A DNA stretch of 32,000 bases from Desulfurobacterium sp. TC5-1 (GTDB lineage: Bacteria; Aquificota; Aquificia; Desulfurobacteriales; Desulfurobacteriaceae). The stretch covers positions 891,087-923,086 of the forward strand of contig NZ_ATXC01000001.1 in the NCBI RefSeq assembly GCF_000421485.1. Reading direction: 5' to 3'. A program made the position numbers and the translations under genes. Positions 1 through 8,762 of the stretch are shown here, piece by piece (the first letter of the stretch is position 1; every line of letters starts with the position of its first letter). The notes beneath the pieces were generated by a model. That model worked only from the letters and a program-made list of their open reading frames with translations, had not been told where the DNA came from and ran no database searches.

Positions 1-1
1 C

Positions 2-856
2 CCTGATAACATGGAAAGGGTTTACCGCTACTGGCCGGCAGACCTTCACCTCGTCGGAAAGGACATCCTGAGATTCCACACCGTCTATTGGCCTGCATTT
101 CTCATGTCAGCAGGTCTTGACGTTCCAAAAGAGGTCTTTGCTCACGGATGGTGGACTGTTGAAGGCGAAAAGATGAGTAAATCAAAGGGAAATGTTGTTA
201 ACCCTTACGAATTGGTTGAAAAGTTCGGTGTTGATCAGGTGAGATTCTTCATGTTCAGAGAGGTAACATTCGGATTAGACGGAGATTTTTCATACTCAAA
301 GCTCGTTGCAAGAATAAACGGAGAGCTGGCAAATGACCTCGGCAACCTTTTCAACAGAACATTATCCATGATTAAAAAATACAGAAACGGCATTATTCCA
401 GAACCTTCAGGAAATGAAGATGACCTCGACGCAAAAATTGGAAAAAAGGCAGTTGCAACAGTTGAAAAACTGAAGGAATTTATACCTAAAGGCGAACTTA
501 CAAAAGCTTTAGACGAAATATGGCAGTTTATAAACTTTGTTAACCTATATATAGACAGAAGAGCACCCTGGAGTCTCAACAAAGAGGGCAAAGAAGAACT
601 TAACAGAGTCCTCTACAACATGGCTGAAGCTTTAAGGTTCATAACCGCTTTTGTATATCCCTATATGCCTTCATCAGCTGAAAAGATGGCAACCATGCTA
701 AACCTCGGCAAGAAAGCTTCCGAATTATCTGTTGAAGAATTCACAAAGTGGGGAGGATTGGAAGCTGGAAAAGAGATTGGAAAGCCTGAAATACTCTTCC
801 CACGAATAGAATACGCAGACGGCGAAGTTAAATTGGCAAAAACCAAAAAAGGTTAA
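2..856 (+). CDS. metG: Methionyl-tRNA synthetase, C-terminal part (5' end lies upstream of the window)
   Basis: The frame is open from nt 2, with no stop before the ATG at 11. The class I aaRS KMSKS loop is present as EKMSKSKGN, followed by a helical anticodon-binding region. The protein ends about 225 aa after KMSKS, so it lacks an appended C-terminal tRNA-binding domain. Confidence 0.9.
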   Translation, partial: PDNMERVYRYWPADLHLVGKDILRFHTVYWPAFLMSAGLDVPKEVFAHGWWTVEGEKMSKSKGNVVNPYELVEKFGVDQVRFFMFREVTFGLDGDFSYSKLVARINGELANDLGNLFNRTLSMIKKYRNGIIPEPSGNEDDLDAKIGKKAVATVEKLKEFIPKGELTKALDEIWQFINFVNLYIDRRAPWSLNKEGKEELNRVLYNMAEALRFITAFVYPYMPSSAEKMATMLNLGKKASELSVEEFTKWGGLEAGKEIGKPEILFPRIEYADGEVKLAKTKKG

Positions 857-859
857 GCT

Positions 860-882
860 GAAGGGCGGCACTGCCGCCCTTC
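860..882. terminator. GC-rich hairpin between convergent metG and the KamA-like gene
   Basis: GAAGGGCGGC (860..869), loop ACT, GCCGCCCTTC (873..882): a perfect 10-bp stem. No U-tract follows directly on either strand. On the minus strand a T6 run starts 9 nt after the stem. The hairpin overlaps the KamA-like stop codon by 2 nt. Confidence 0.6.
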
Positions 883-1993
883 AAAGTACAAACTCTCTTT
901 CTTTTTCAGGTCTCTTTAAATCGTCAAGCCACCCTGCACTGGGCGTAAGAATCCTTTTGAAAAGTTTTCCAACCTTTCTGTAATCCTTTGCCTGATGATA
1001 TTTAAGATATATCTCTTTCCCGATTATACCGACTATCTCTATTTTCCCCGTTTTGTGGGACATAATGTACTTAAAACGCTTTCCAAAACCGTCAAGTTTT
1101 TGTTTTGCCTTTTCAATAATTTCGTATCCGGCTTTAAGAGGCACCTGAAAATGGCTTTTAACCCTCTTAACAGGACGGCACTGAAAGACGTAGTAGGGGA
1201 GAACATTTATAGAAACAAGAGACTTCATCAGTGAAGAGAGAATTTCTGGATCATCATTAACACCCTTTAAAAGAACTGTCTGATTGCTGACAACGACACC
1301 TGAACGAGTCAGTACTCTAACGGCCTGTGCCGCTTCCTCGGTAACTTCCCTCTCATGGTTAAAGTGAGTAACAACGTAGAGGGCTTTCTCTTTTGAAAAC
1401 TTATCAAAAATAGAAAGTAGTTTACTATCGTCGTAAATTCTTTCCGGGTAAAAAACAGGAATGCGAGTTCCAATCCTTACAAATTTCAGGTGAGGAACCT
1501 TTTTTAGTTCCTTCAAAAAGTAATCAATAACTTCTGTGGGAAGTGTTAAAGGGTCACCACCAGAAATGAGAACATTTGTTATTTCTCCGTGCTCCTTTAT
1601 ATAATCAACGGCCATATCAAAGATTTTGACCGTTTCTTCCGTGGGAATACCAACCATCCTCTTTCTGAAACAGTGTCTGCAGTAGCCTGCACATCTGTTT
1701 GTAACGAGCAAAAGAGCAGTTTCTCGATACTTGTGTTGAAGACCTGTAATTACTGTGTTCTCTTTCTCACCACTGGTGTCATAGGAACCTGAAACGTTAA
1801 GTTCATCAACTGACGGAAAAACTATCTTTTTCAAAGGGTCGTCTGGATTATTCCAGTCTATCAACTCAGCGTAATAAGAGGAAATAAACATAGGATGTTT
1901 TTCAATAATCTTTTTAAGTTTACCTTTGTTCTCAAAAGTAACGCCAAATCGGGACTCTATCTCCTCAAGAGATGAAAATCCCGGTATTTTCAA
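881..1993 (-). CDS. KamA-family radical SAM protein (lysine 2,3-aminomutase-like)
   Basis: The radical-SAM CxxxCxxC motif appears in the KamA/EpmB context LLVTNRCAGYCRHCFRKR. The ORF track starts at TTG 2008. However, a perfect SD AAGGAGGT (2005..1998) lies 4 nt upstream of an in-frame TTG at 1993, so I prefer 1993. Confidence 0.8.
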   Translation of the reverse strand: MKIPGFSSLEEIESRFGVTFENKGKLKKIIEKHPMFISSYYAELIDWNNPDDPLKKIVFPSVDELNVSGSYDTSGEKENTVITGLQHKYRETALLLVTNRCAGYCRHCFRKRMVGIPTEETVKIFDMAVDYIKEHGEITNVLISGGDPLTLPTEVIDYFLKELKKVPHLKFVRIGTRIPVFYPERIYDDSKLLSIFDKFSKEKALYVVTHFNHEREVTEEAAQAVRVLTRSGVVVSNQTVLLKGVNDDPEILSSLMKSLVSINVLPYYVFQCRPVKRVKSHFQVPLKAGYEIIEKAKQKLDGFGKRFKYIMSHKTGKIEIVGIIGKEIYLKYHQAKDYRKVGKLFKRILTPSAGWLDDLKRPEKEREFVL

Positions 1994-2059
1994 ATTGACC
2001 TCCTTCAAAAAGGATTTTCTAAAAATCGGGACAAGTGATTGAGCGGCAATCTATATAAA

Positions 2060-2088
2060 AATTTAAGAATAGAAGACTGAGCTGTCAA
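2060..2088 (-). promoter_or_regulatory. Candidate sigma70-type promoter for the KamA-like gene
   Basis: On the minus strand: TTGACA (2088..2083), 17-nt spacer, TAAATT (2065..2060), inside the 123-nt gap downstream of the KaiC-like gene. Confidence 0.35.
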
Positions 2089-2131
2089 GGGCTTATAAGG
2101 GAAAGGGCTGAAACCTTAAAAACCTGTTACA

Positions 2132-3019
2132 TCAGGCTTTGCCTTTTATAATATCAACAAGGGCAGGACCCACCTCAACAAGTCCAAGTTCCGTAATATT
2201 CATCACGTGAATGCGTGTATCGTGACCACACATTCTGCAACCGTCTATTCTGAACAACCTTACAATATCGCCAAATTCAACTTTGTAGTTCTGAGCCCTC
2301 GTTTTTGAAAGAACAATCTCTTTTGAAAGAACCATCGTGCAGTCAACAATATGCCCAACGGCGTAACCACCGGCAGCCTCTGCAGAAAGTTCTTCGTGTC
2401 CGCTCCTTTTCTGGGAAACAAATATCGCAGTCTGATACCATTTTTTCATAAAGTTAAAAAACGCTCTCACAACAGACCTTGCCAGCATCTCTTTCGACTC
2501 AAAAAGTCCCGTAATTGAATCTATAACTGTCCTGTGAACCTTGTAGGTTCTATAAACGTAGGCGAGGGTATCAAGCATAGTAGGAATGTCATCCCTCAAT
2601 CTTGAGTTACTTGCAGCATCTATAAGGATAATGTTGTTCTCTATTTCTTCAAACTCAACGCCCATTGCTGCAGACCTCTCTTTTAGAGAAGCAGCAACAA
2701 AAGAGGCAGGACTTTCAACGGTAATAAAGCAAACCTTCTGTCCCAAAGAAGCCTGTTTTATAGTAAACTGTTCAGCAATTAAACTCTTACCTGTATCCGG
2801 CATGCCTGTCAGGTTTACGACGCAGTATTCAGGAATACCTCCAAGGGACTTTTTAACAGGCTTTCCTTCTTTCCATTCAACGGTAAAGAACAGGTCATCA
2901 AGCCCCTTAACACCTGTTGGAACACCTTTTAATTCAGGCGCCTTTTCCATCGCTTCCTTCAGAAGATAAACGTTATCCTTCATAACCTGCGGTTCTCTTT
3001 CTCTGAAATAATCCCCCAT
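2132..3019 (-). CDS. Single-domain KaiC-like / RecA-superfamily ATPase
   Basis: Walker A-like GMPDTGKS and Walker B-like RTVIDSITGL. The overall layout matches the KaiC/RadA-type ATPase core (COG0467-like). The start lies 15 nt after the upstream methyltransferase stop and has a GGGGGA SD. Confidence 0.7.
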   Translation of the reverse strand: MGDYFREREPQVMKDNVYLLKEAMEKAPELKGVPTGVKGLDDLFFTVEWKEGKPVKKSLGGIPEYCVVNLTGMPDTGKSLIAEQFTIKQASLGQKVCFITVESPASFVAASLKERSAAMGVEFEEIENNIILIDAASNSRLRDDIPTMLDTLAYVYRTYKVHRTVIDSITGLFESKEMLARSVVRAFFNFMKKWYQTAIFVSQKRSGHEELSAEAAGGYAVGHIVDCTMVLSKEIVLSKTRAQNYKVEFGDIVRLFRIDGCRMCGHDTRIHVMNITELGLVEVGPALVDIIKGKA

Positions 3020-3034
3020 GGTTTTCCCCCGCTA

Positions 3035-3817
3035 TCAATCTACTTTTTTATAAATATATTCCACATTCGTCGCGCTTTCCTGAAGAATGTAATCTTTCAA
3101 AAAAGGAAAGAGATCTTTAATCCCTTTGTTTATCTTTACCACAACCCTTTTCCTTGCCACCCTTTCAGCCTCTCTTAGCGTTTCCGGTTCAATAAAATCT
3201 TTAACCGCAACTTCCCTAAAAGGCTGCATAACGTCACATTTCCATTTCGGCTTTATGAACATCGGCGAAAAATAGACAATATCAAACGATTTATCCGGCA
3301 AATTTCTAAGAAATTCTCTATTATCTCCGACGTTTACCTCAACCCTCCTGAAAGCTCTTTCGGCAACCGAAAGCTTACCTTTCGGTACGTAAGTTTTTAG
3401 TCCCCTCCTGACAATCTCTGCTATTACTGGATCCTTCTCTACACCAACGACCCTTTCCCCGGAAACAAAAGCAGAAATAACAGCATCCTGAGCAAGACCA
3501 AGATTACAATCAAGGACAGTATCACCCTCTTTTAAATCCATTGCCTCAATCATTGCTTCCTTACCTGTTTTCAGGTAATTTAAAAGGCGTATCTTCAAAA
3601 GGCCCGGATGGAAAAAGAGTTTATTACCCTTAAGCGTATGAAGAACAAGGCCTTCTGATGTTACAACGAGAACATTTTTCCCATAGCGCTTTTTAAAACT
3701 TTCGATAGTATTGTGGCGCCTGGTTACGTAAGAAGTTTCAAACTTCCTTGCAAGTTTTTTAGCTTCCTCTATAATCTCTAATGAAGGTCTCTTTTCCGTC
3801 GTAACTATAACTTCCAA
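3035..3817 (-). CDS. Class I SAM-dependent methyltransferase, RsmJ-like (16S rRNA m2G1516 methyltransferase family pattern)
   Basis: SAM-binding stretch DTVLDCNLGLAQDAVISAF...VVGVEKDPVIAEIVRRGL and the later VYFSPMF parallel the RsmJ motifs (VDATAGLGRDA...ERNP...GL, YLDPMF). TTG start with an AAGGAGG SD 5 nt upstream. Confidence 0.6.
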   Translation of the reverse strand: MEVIVTTEKRPSLEIIEEAKKLARKFETSYVTRRHNTIESFKKRYGKNVLVVTSEGLVLHTLKGNKLFFHPGLLKIRLLNYLKTGKEAMIEAMDLKEGDTVLDCNLGLAQDAVISAFVSGERVVGVEKDPVIAEIVRRGLKTYVPKGKLSVAERAFRRVEVNVGDNREFLRNLPDKSFDIVYFSPMFIKPKWKCDVMQPFREVAVKDFIEPETLREAERVARKRVVVKINKGIKDLFPFLKDYILQESATNVEYIYKKVD

Positions 3818-3843
3818 AACTTCCTCCTTAAGAGGTAAAAATT

Positions 3844-4545
3844 ATGAACATAAAGATTATAAGCCTTGAAACGATAGATTCCACAAATGAATATTTGAAA
3901 AGGGAAAGTCACAAACCTATTACTGTCGTTACCGCTAATCACCAGACCGGCGGGAAGGGAAGGCGAGGCAGAAAGTGGATATCACCGCCGGGAAAAGGAC
4001 TTTACGTATCGTTCCTATTTGAAAAGCCAAAAAACTTCTCAAACGTTCAAATAGTCAGTCTATCAACGGCCGTTGCAGTTGCAAAAACGTTGAACACTCT
4101 AAAGAAAGGTTTCAGGATAAAGTGGCCTAACGATATTCTATTTAACGGCAAAAAGGTGTGCGGTATCCTGCCGGAACTCTCAGGAAACAGAATCATCGTA
4201 GGGATAGGAGTGAATCTTTTACACTCAAGAGAAGAACTGAAAGAAACAGAATATCCTGCAACCTCTCTAAAACTTGAAGAGGTTGACTTTGATAGAGAAA
4301 CGCTGACCCTCAGTTTAGTGGAAAGCGTCGTAAACTATTTTGATAAAACTGTAAAAGGAACGTTTGAAACGAAGGAGTTTGAATCTCTATCGATTGTAAA
4401 ACCGGGCAGCAGGATAATTGTTAAAAAACAGGATGGAATAGAAAAGGTAACCGCCCTCGGTATTGATAGAGAAGGCTGCCTGATTGTTGAAAAAGATGGA
4501 AAAGTAGAAAGACTTTTCTCTGCAGAGATAAGTGTAAGATTTTGA
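3844..4545 (+). CDS. birA: Biotin--[acetyl-CoA-carboxylase] ligase, group I (no N-terminal HTH domain)
   Basis: The biotin/ATP-binding loop is present as QTGGKGRRGRKW, with the KWPNDI motif. At 233 aa the protein is too short to carry a repressor domain. Confidence 0.9.
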   Translation: MNIKIISLETIDSTNEYLKRESHKPITVVTANHQTGGKGRRGRKWISPPGKGLYVSFLFEKPKNFSNVQIVSLSTAVAVAKTLNTLKKGFRIKWPNDILFNGKKVCGILPELSGNRIIVGIGVNLLHSREELKETEYPATSLKLEEVDFDRETLTLSLVESVVNYFDKTVKGTFETKEFESLSIVKPGSRIIVKKQDGIEKVTALGIDREGCLIVEKDGKVERLFSAEISVRF

Positions 4546-4546
4546 A

Positions 4547-4566
4547 TTTTTGCACAAATGCAAAAA
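4547..4566. repeat. 20-bp AT-rich palindrome just after the birA stop (weak terminator or protein-binding site)
   Basis: TTTTTGCA (4547..4554), CAAA, TGCAAAAA (4559..4566). It starts 2 nt after the birA TGA. Confidence 0.35.
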
Positions 4567-4706
4567 CTTAGAGGGAGCCGGAAGGATGTCAGAATTGTTA
4601 AGGCAATGAAAATAAGGCATTTAATCTATGTTAAAGAAAACCGTTAATAGTGGCATGCAAATTGCTATATATTCAGGGAGTAAAAACGCAAGGAGATGAT
4701 AAGAGA

Positions 4707-5636
4707 ATGCAGATTTACCAGCAAACTATAGAGAGAGAAATAACATTTAGTGGTATCGGCCTTCACACGGGAAAGAAGGTAAATGTAAGAATCGTTCCGG
4801 CTCCCGTCAACACGGGAATAATTTTCGTCAGGAATGATATCCCTTCCCTACCTGAAATAAAGGTTTCACCTGAAAACACAACGCAGCTCTTTTATGCCAC
4901 AAACCTTGAAAAGGACGGTGTTATCGTCAAAACCGTAGAACATCTCCTTGCAGCTCTTTCTGCTTTCGGCATCGATAACCTTTACATATACATTGATAGC
5001 GAAGAGGTACCGATACTTGACGGAAGTTCCGCACCTTACATATACCTGTTTGAAAACGCAGGCATAAGAAAGCAGAACAGAAAAAGAAAGTACCTGAAGC
5101 TAAAAGAACACGTAGAAGTAAAACACGAAGACAAATACATAACTGCAAAGCCTTCAGATGTTTTATCAATAAAGAACACAATATCTTTCAACCATACGTA
5201 TAAAAAAGTTCGTTACCAGACAATAGAGTACGTTCATTCACTTAAAAACTTTGAAAAACTACTATCAAAGGCAAGAACCTTCTGCTTTGTTGAAGAAGTT
5301 GAATGGCTTAAATCAAAAGGACTTGCAAGAGGCGGGAGCCTTGACAACGCGATAGTGATAGACAAGTACGATATTCTTAACCCAACAGGATTGAGAATGG
5401 AAAACGAATTTGTGGCGCACAAAACACTTGACCTGGTTGGCGATCTCTACATACTTGGACATCCTCTCCTTGCAGATATAGAAGCCTATAAAACGGGACA
5501 CGCACTAAACGCTGCCTTTGTGAGGAAGATTTATGAAGAAAAACTCTACGAAGTGGTGGAATTTGAAGAGGAAAACGAAAAAGAAAGATCCCTAACATTA
5601 AATCCAGATACGCTGGAAAATTTACAGGCCGAATAA
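4707..5636 (+). CDS. lpxC: UDP-3-O-acyl-N-acetylglucosamine deacetylase
   Basis: N-terminus MQIYQQTIEREITFSGIGLHTGKKVNV matches the LpxC start pattern (M.QRT....v...G.GLHsG..v). C-terminal KTGHALN motif is present. AGGAG (4691..4695) lies 11 nt before ATG 4707. The GTG 4650 of the ORF track adds 19 non-conserved residues. Confidence 0.9.
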   Translation: MQIYQQTIEREITFSGIGLHTGKKVNVRIVPAPVNTGIIFVRNDIPSLPEIKVSPENTTQLFYATNLEKDGVIVKTVEHLLAALSAFGIDNLYIYIDSEEVPILDGSSAPYIYLFENAGIRKQNRKRKYLKLKEHVEVKHEDKYITAKPSDVLSIKNTISFNHTYKKVRYQTIEYVHSLKNFEKLLSKARTFCFVEEVEWLKSKGLARGGSLDNAIVIDKYDILNPTGLRMENEFVAHKTLDLVGDLYILGHPLLADIEAYKTGHALNAAFVRKIYEEKLYEVVEFEEENEKERSLTLNPDTLENLQAE

Positions 5637-5660
5637 TAAGTTTTTTCAATCCTAAAACAC

Positions 5661-6257
5661 TTAATTTATATGCTTCACAAATTTATAGGCAACATAAAAC
5701 CGTCTTTTTATCTTTTCTTTCAATATAAATTTCTCTTCCGACAAACTTAAAAGCTCTTCTCCTGACAAACTATCAGGATCCCCCGATTGTTCAACGACAA
5801 CAAATCTTCCACCGGGCTTCAAAACTTTCCATACCGAAGAAAAAAGTTTCTCTCTATCGAGAACCTCACCTAAAACGGCAACACAAAACACAATATCAAA
5901 ACTGTTTTCAGGAAATGGAAGGGAAACAGCATCACAAACTTTAAAAGAAACGTTATCAACGTTCATTCTTTTCAATTTATCTCTCGCCTTTTCCACCATT
6001 TCCTTTTGAATGTCAACAGCACAGAAAAATCCCGAATCACCAATACGCTTTGCCACTTCAGATGTAAAATATCCGGGACCACATCCTATCTCAAGAACAG
6101 ATGAATCCTCTTTAAAATCAAGAAAGTTGGCAATATCAACAGGCGAAATGAAAAACTTCCTGAAAGGAACTGTAAGCAGGAAAGAAAGCTGATAGGGATA
6201 AAGGCCCTTACCTGTAAATCTGCGAAAAATATCTTTTAAAAGTTTTATCCTTTTCAT
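5661..6257 (-). CDS. Class I SAM-dependent methyltransferase (Methyltransf_11-like), substrate unknown
   Basis: Motif I VLEIGCGPGYFT, followed by post-I D (AVDI) and the DIVFCVAVLGEV pattern. It is the last gene of the long minus-strand operon. Confidence 0.7.
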   Translation of the reverse strand: MKRIKLLKDIFRRFTGKGLYPYQLSFLLTVPFRKFFISPVDIANFLDFKEDSSVLEIGCGPGYFTSEVAKRIGDSGFFCAVDIQKEMVEKARDKLKRMNVDNVSFKVCDAVSLPFPENSFDIVFCVAVLGEVLDREKLFSSVWKVLKPGGRFVVVEQSGDPDSLSGEELLSLSEEKFILKEKIKRRFYVAYKFVKHIN

Positions 6258-6264
6258 TCACCGC

Positions 6265-6738
6265 TCATTCAATATCTTCAACAGCTAAAGGTGTCATGAA
6301 CCACTCTAAAAAGAACCTCCCATCCTTTTTAACAACCTTTGCAACACCACCCTTTTTAAACTTTATCCGGGAAGGATTTATACAGACAAGCTCGTTTAAA
6401 AAGATGGAAAGGTCAGGCTGATGTGCAACGATAGCAATATCTCCGTCAAACTTTTTCAAAACCTTCAAGTAATCGTCAACATCGGCATCGGGAAACAGAA
6501 GCTCCGTTGTTTTAACATCTGCTCCGATAACATCGGAAAGTATCTGTGCCGTCTCAAGTGCCCTTGCGCAGGGACTTGAAACAATTGTAAGTTTTTCCGG
6601 AAACAGATTCTTTATCCTCTCAGCAAATGCCCTGAATTCTTTCCGTCCCTTTTCCTTCAAAGGCCTGTCACAGTCATCGCCTTTCCAGTTTTCTCTATCA
6701 ACAGCCTTTGCATGTCTTATCAGAAAAATCTCCCTCAT
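6265..6738 (-). CDS. sixA: Phosphohistidine phosphatase SixA-like (histidine phosphatase superfamily)
   Basis: N-terminal IFLIRHAKA (RHG/RHA catalytic motif), then RPL..KG, and a later AIVAHQP. At 157 aa the size is typical of SixA. Confidence 0.75.
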   Translation of the reverse strand: MREIFLIRHAKAVDRENWKGDDCDRPLKEKGRKEFRAFAERIKNLFPEKLTIVSSPCARALETAQILSDVIGADVKTTELLFPDADVDDYLKVLKKFDGDIAIVAHQPDLSIFLNELVCINPSRIKFKKGGVAKVVKKDGRFFLEWFMTPLAVEDIE

Positions 6739-8762
6739 ACTTTAACCTCCCTTATCCACTTCTCAAAATACTCCTGAGAGTTAAAGTCTCTCTTTTCAGG
6801 ACGGATATAATCACCTGTTGGCGTAAGTATCCTGACCTTTGCCGTATCTTTAAGCTGGATTTCAAGAATCTTTTTAAGGAAAGATTTAAGCTCCGAATTC
6901 TCAATTGCCACCATCGTTTCTATTCTACGGTGGAAGTTCCGGGGCATCCAGTCAGCACTGCTTATGTATATCTCTTCATTACCACCGTTTTTAAAGTAAA
7001 AGATTCTTGCATGTTCAAGGTATTTGCCCACAATACTTATTACCTTTATGTTTTCACTTACACCTTCTATTCCCGGCTTCAGACAACAGATTCCCCTGAC
7101 GATAAGGTCTATCTTCACACCTTTTTGAGAAGCCCTGTAAAGCGCCCTGATAACTTCAGGGTCCACAAGAGAGTTCATCTTTGCAACGATCCTTCCCTCT
7201 TTTCCTGCCTCCGCTTCTCTCTCTATCAGCTGAAGGATTTTTCTTTTAAGAGTAACGGGAGACATGTAAATTTTGCTAAGTTCCGGCGGATGGAAGTAGC
7301 CGGTTATAACGTTGAAAAGCTTTGAAACATCCTTGCCAATCACAGGATCAGTGGTGAGAAAACCAATGTCTGAATAGATTTTGGCCGTGGCAACGTTGTA
7401 GTTGCCTGTTCCTATGTGAACGTAACGTTTGAGTGTATCATCTTCCCGCCTCACTATCATCAAAAGTTTAGCGTGAGTTTTAAGTCCCGGAATTCCATAA
7501 ACTACATGAACGCCCTCCTCTTCAAGCTGTTTAGCCCACGTAATATTGCTCTCCTCATCAAATCTCGCCTTTATCTCAACAACGGCAACCACCTCTTTTC
7601 CGTTCTGCGCAGCTTTTTTAAGGGCTTCAACTATCGGCGAATTTTTACCAACCCTGTAGAGAGTCTGCTTAATAGCAAGAACGTTGGGATCTTCTGCCGC
7701 CTCTTCAACAAGCTCAACAACAGGATCTATCGATTCGTAAGGATGGAAAAGAACAAATTCTTTCATCTTCAGAGCAGAAAAGATATCAATATTAAAAGCA
7801 CCAGGATAAAACGGCGTATATATTGGAAACTTAAGCTCCGGCCTGTCAATGGTTTCGTAAACGCTCCAGAGATCGGAAAGGTTAAGAGGAATGTTAAGCG
7901 AAAATACATCTTCCTCGTTCAGTTCAAGCTCATCTTTTAAAAAATTAAGCATATACTCAGAACAGTTGTTTATCTCAAGTCTAACAGGCTTTCCAAAACG
8001 CCTCTTTCTTATTCCCTTTTCTACCTCTTCCAAAAGGTCATCTGCTTCGTCTTCCTGAATAACGATGTCAGCATCCCTTGTAATCCTTATTGTTGCAACA
8101 TCTGCAATATTCTGTTCAGGAAATAAGCTTTCTATGTGATGGATAATCAAATCTTCAAGAAGAACGTAATGAATTTCCTTATCGTCCTCTTTTAGTTTTA
8201 TAAATCTCGGCAAATTCTTCGGCACGGGAACAAGACCAAACTTTAACTCTTCCTCGTGAATTTCAACGATAACGTTAAAGCTTAAATTTGAAAGGTGAGG
8301 AAACGGGTGGGTTATGTCCACTGCAAGTGGTGTTAAAACAGGATAGACAAACTCGTAAAAGTATCTGTCTGCAATTTTTTTTAAGGTTTTGTTGAGCTTT
8401 CCGTAACGGTGAAAATAGATAGAATTGCCTTTAAGCTCCCTGACAAGCTTCCTGTATTGAACCTCAACGTTTTTTAACAAACTTTTAGTTCTTGCAGAAA
8501 CTTTCTTTAACTGCTCCTTCGGTGTCAAACCGTCAGGTGACGGACGATTAATACCTGCAGAAATCTGCTGCTTTAAACCGGCAACTCTTATCATGAAAAA
8601 TTCATCAAGATTTGTGAAAAATATTGCAAGAAACTTCAGCCTTTCAAGAAGTGGATTTGTTTCGTCTTCAGCCTCTTCAAGAACTCTGCGATTAAACTCA
8701 AGCCAGCTTAACTCCCTGTTTATCAGTAACTTCGGACTTGACAGGTCTATTTCTTTTCTCAC
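6735..8762 (-). CDS. ppk: Polyphosphate kinase 1
   Basis: N-terminus INRELSWLEFNRRVLEEA...NPLLERLKFLAIFFTNLDEFFMIR matches the PPK1 N-domain. The autophosphorylation-site region is GLKTHAKLLMIVRRE. The protein is 675 aa with two C-terminal PLD-like domains. Confidence 0.95.
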   Translation of the reverse strand: MRKEIDLSSPKLLINRELSWLEFNRRVLEEAEDETNPLLERLKFLAIFFTNLDEFFMIRVAGLKQQISAGINRPSPDGLTPKEQLKKVSARTKSLLKNVEVQYRKLVRELKGNSIYFHRYGKLNKTLKKIADRYFYEFVYPVLTPLAVDITHPFPHLSNLSFNVIVEIHEEELKFGLVPVPKNLPRFIKLKEDDKEIHYVLLEDLIIHHIESLFPEQNIADVATIRITRDADIVIQEDEADDLLEEVEKGIRKRRFGKPVRLEINNCSEYMLNFLKDELELNEEDVFSLNIPLNLSDLWSVYETIDRPELKFPIYTPFYPGAFNIDIFSALKMKEFVLFHPYESIDPVVELVEEAAEDPNVLAIKQTLYRVGKNSPIVEALKKAAQNGKEVVAVVEIKARFDEESNITWAKQLEEEGVHVVYGIPGLKTHAKLLMIVRREDDTLKRYVHIGTGNYNVATAKIYSDIGFLTTDPVIGKDVSKLFNVITGYFHPPELSKIYMSPVTLKRKILQLIEREAEAGKEGRIVAKMNSLVDPEVIRALYRASQKGVKIDLIVRGICCLKPGIEGVSENIKVISIVGKYLEHARIFYFKNGGNEEIYISSADWMPRNFHRRIETMVAIENSELKSFLKKILEIQLKDTAKVRILTPTGDYIRPEKRDFNSQEYFEKWIREVKV

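Noticed and set aside
4547-4566. BirA operator (bioO-like) interpretation of the palindrome after birA
   Set aside because: This BirA lacks the N-terminal HTH repressor domain, and the site lies downstream of birA rather than upstream of bio genes. It is kept only as a weak terminator or unknown site.
4650-4706. GTG-initiated 19-codon N-terminal extension of lpxC
   Set aside because: The extension is not LpxC-like. The internal ATG 4707 has an AGGAG SD and reproduces the canonical LpxC N-terminus.
6708-7940. Plus-strand ORFs of 205 and 174 aa
   Set aside because: They are antisense to ppk, whose identity is certain. Their composition (F/K/N/R-rich with many rare motifs) is typical of antisense translation in AT-rich DNA.
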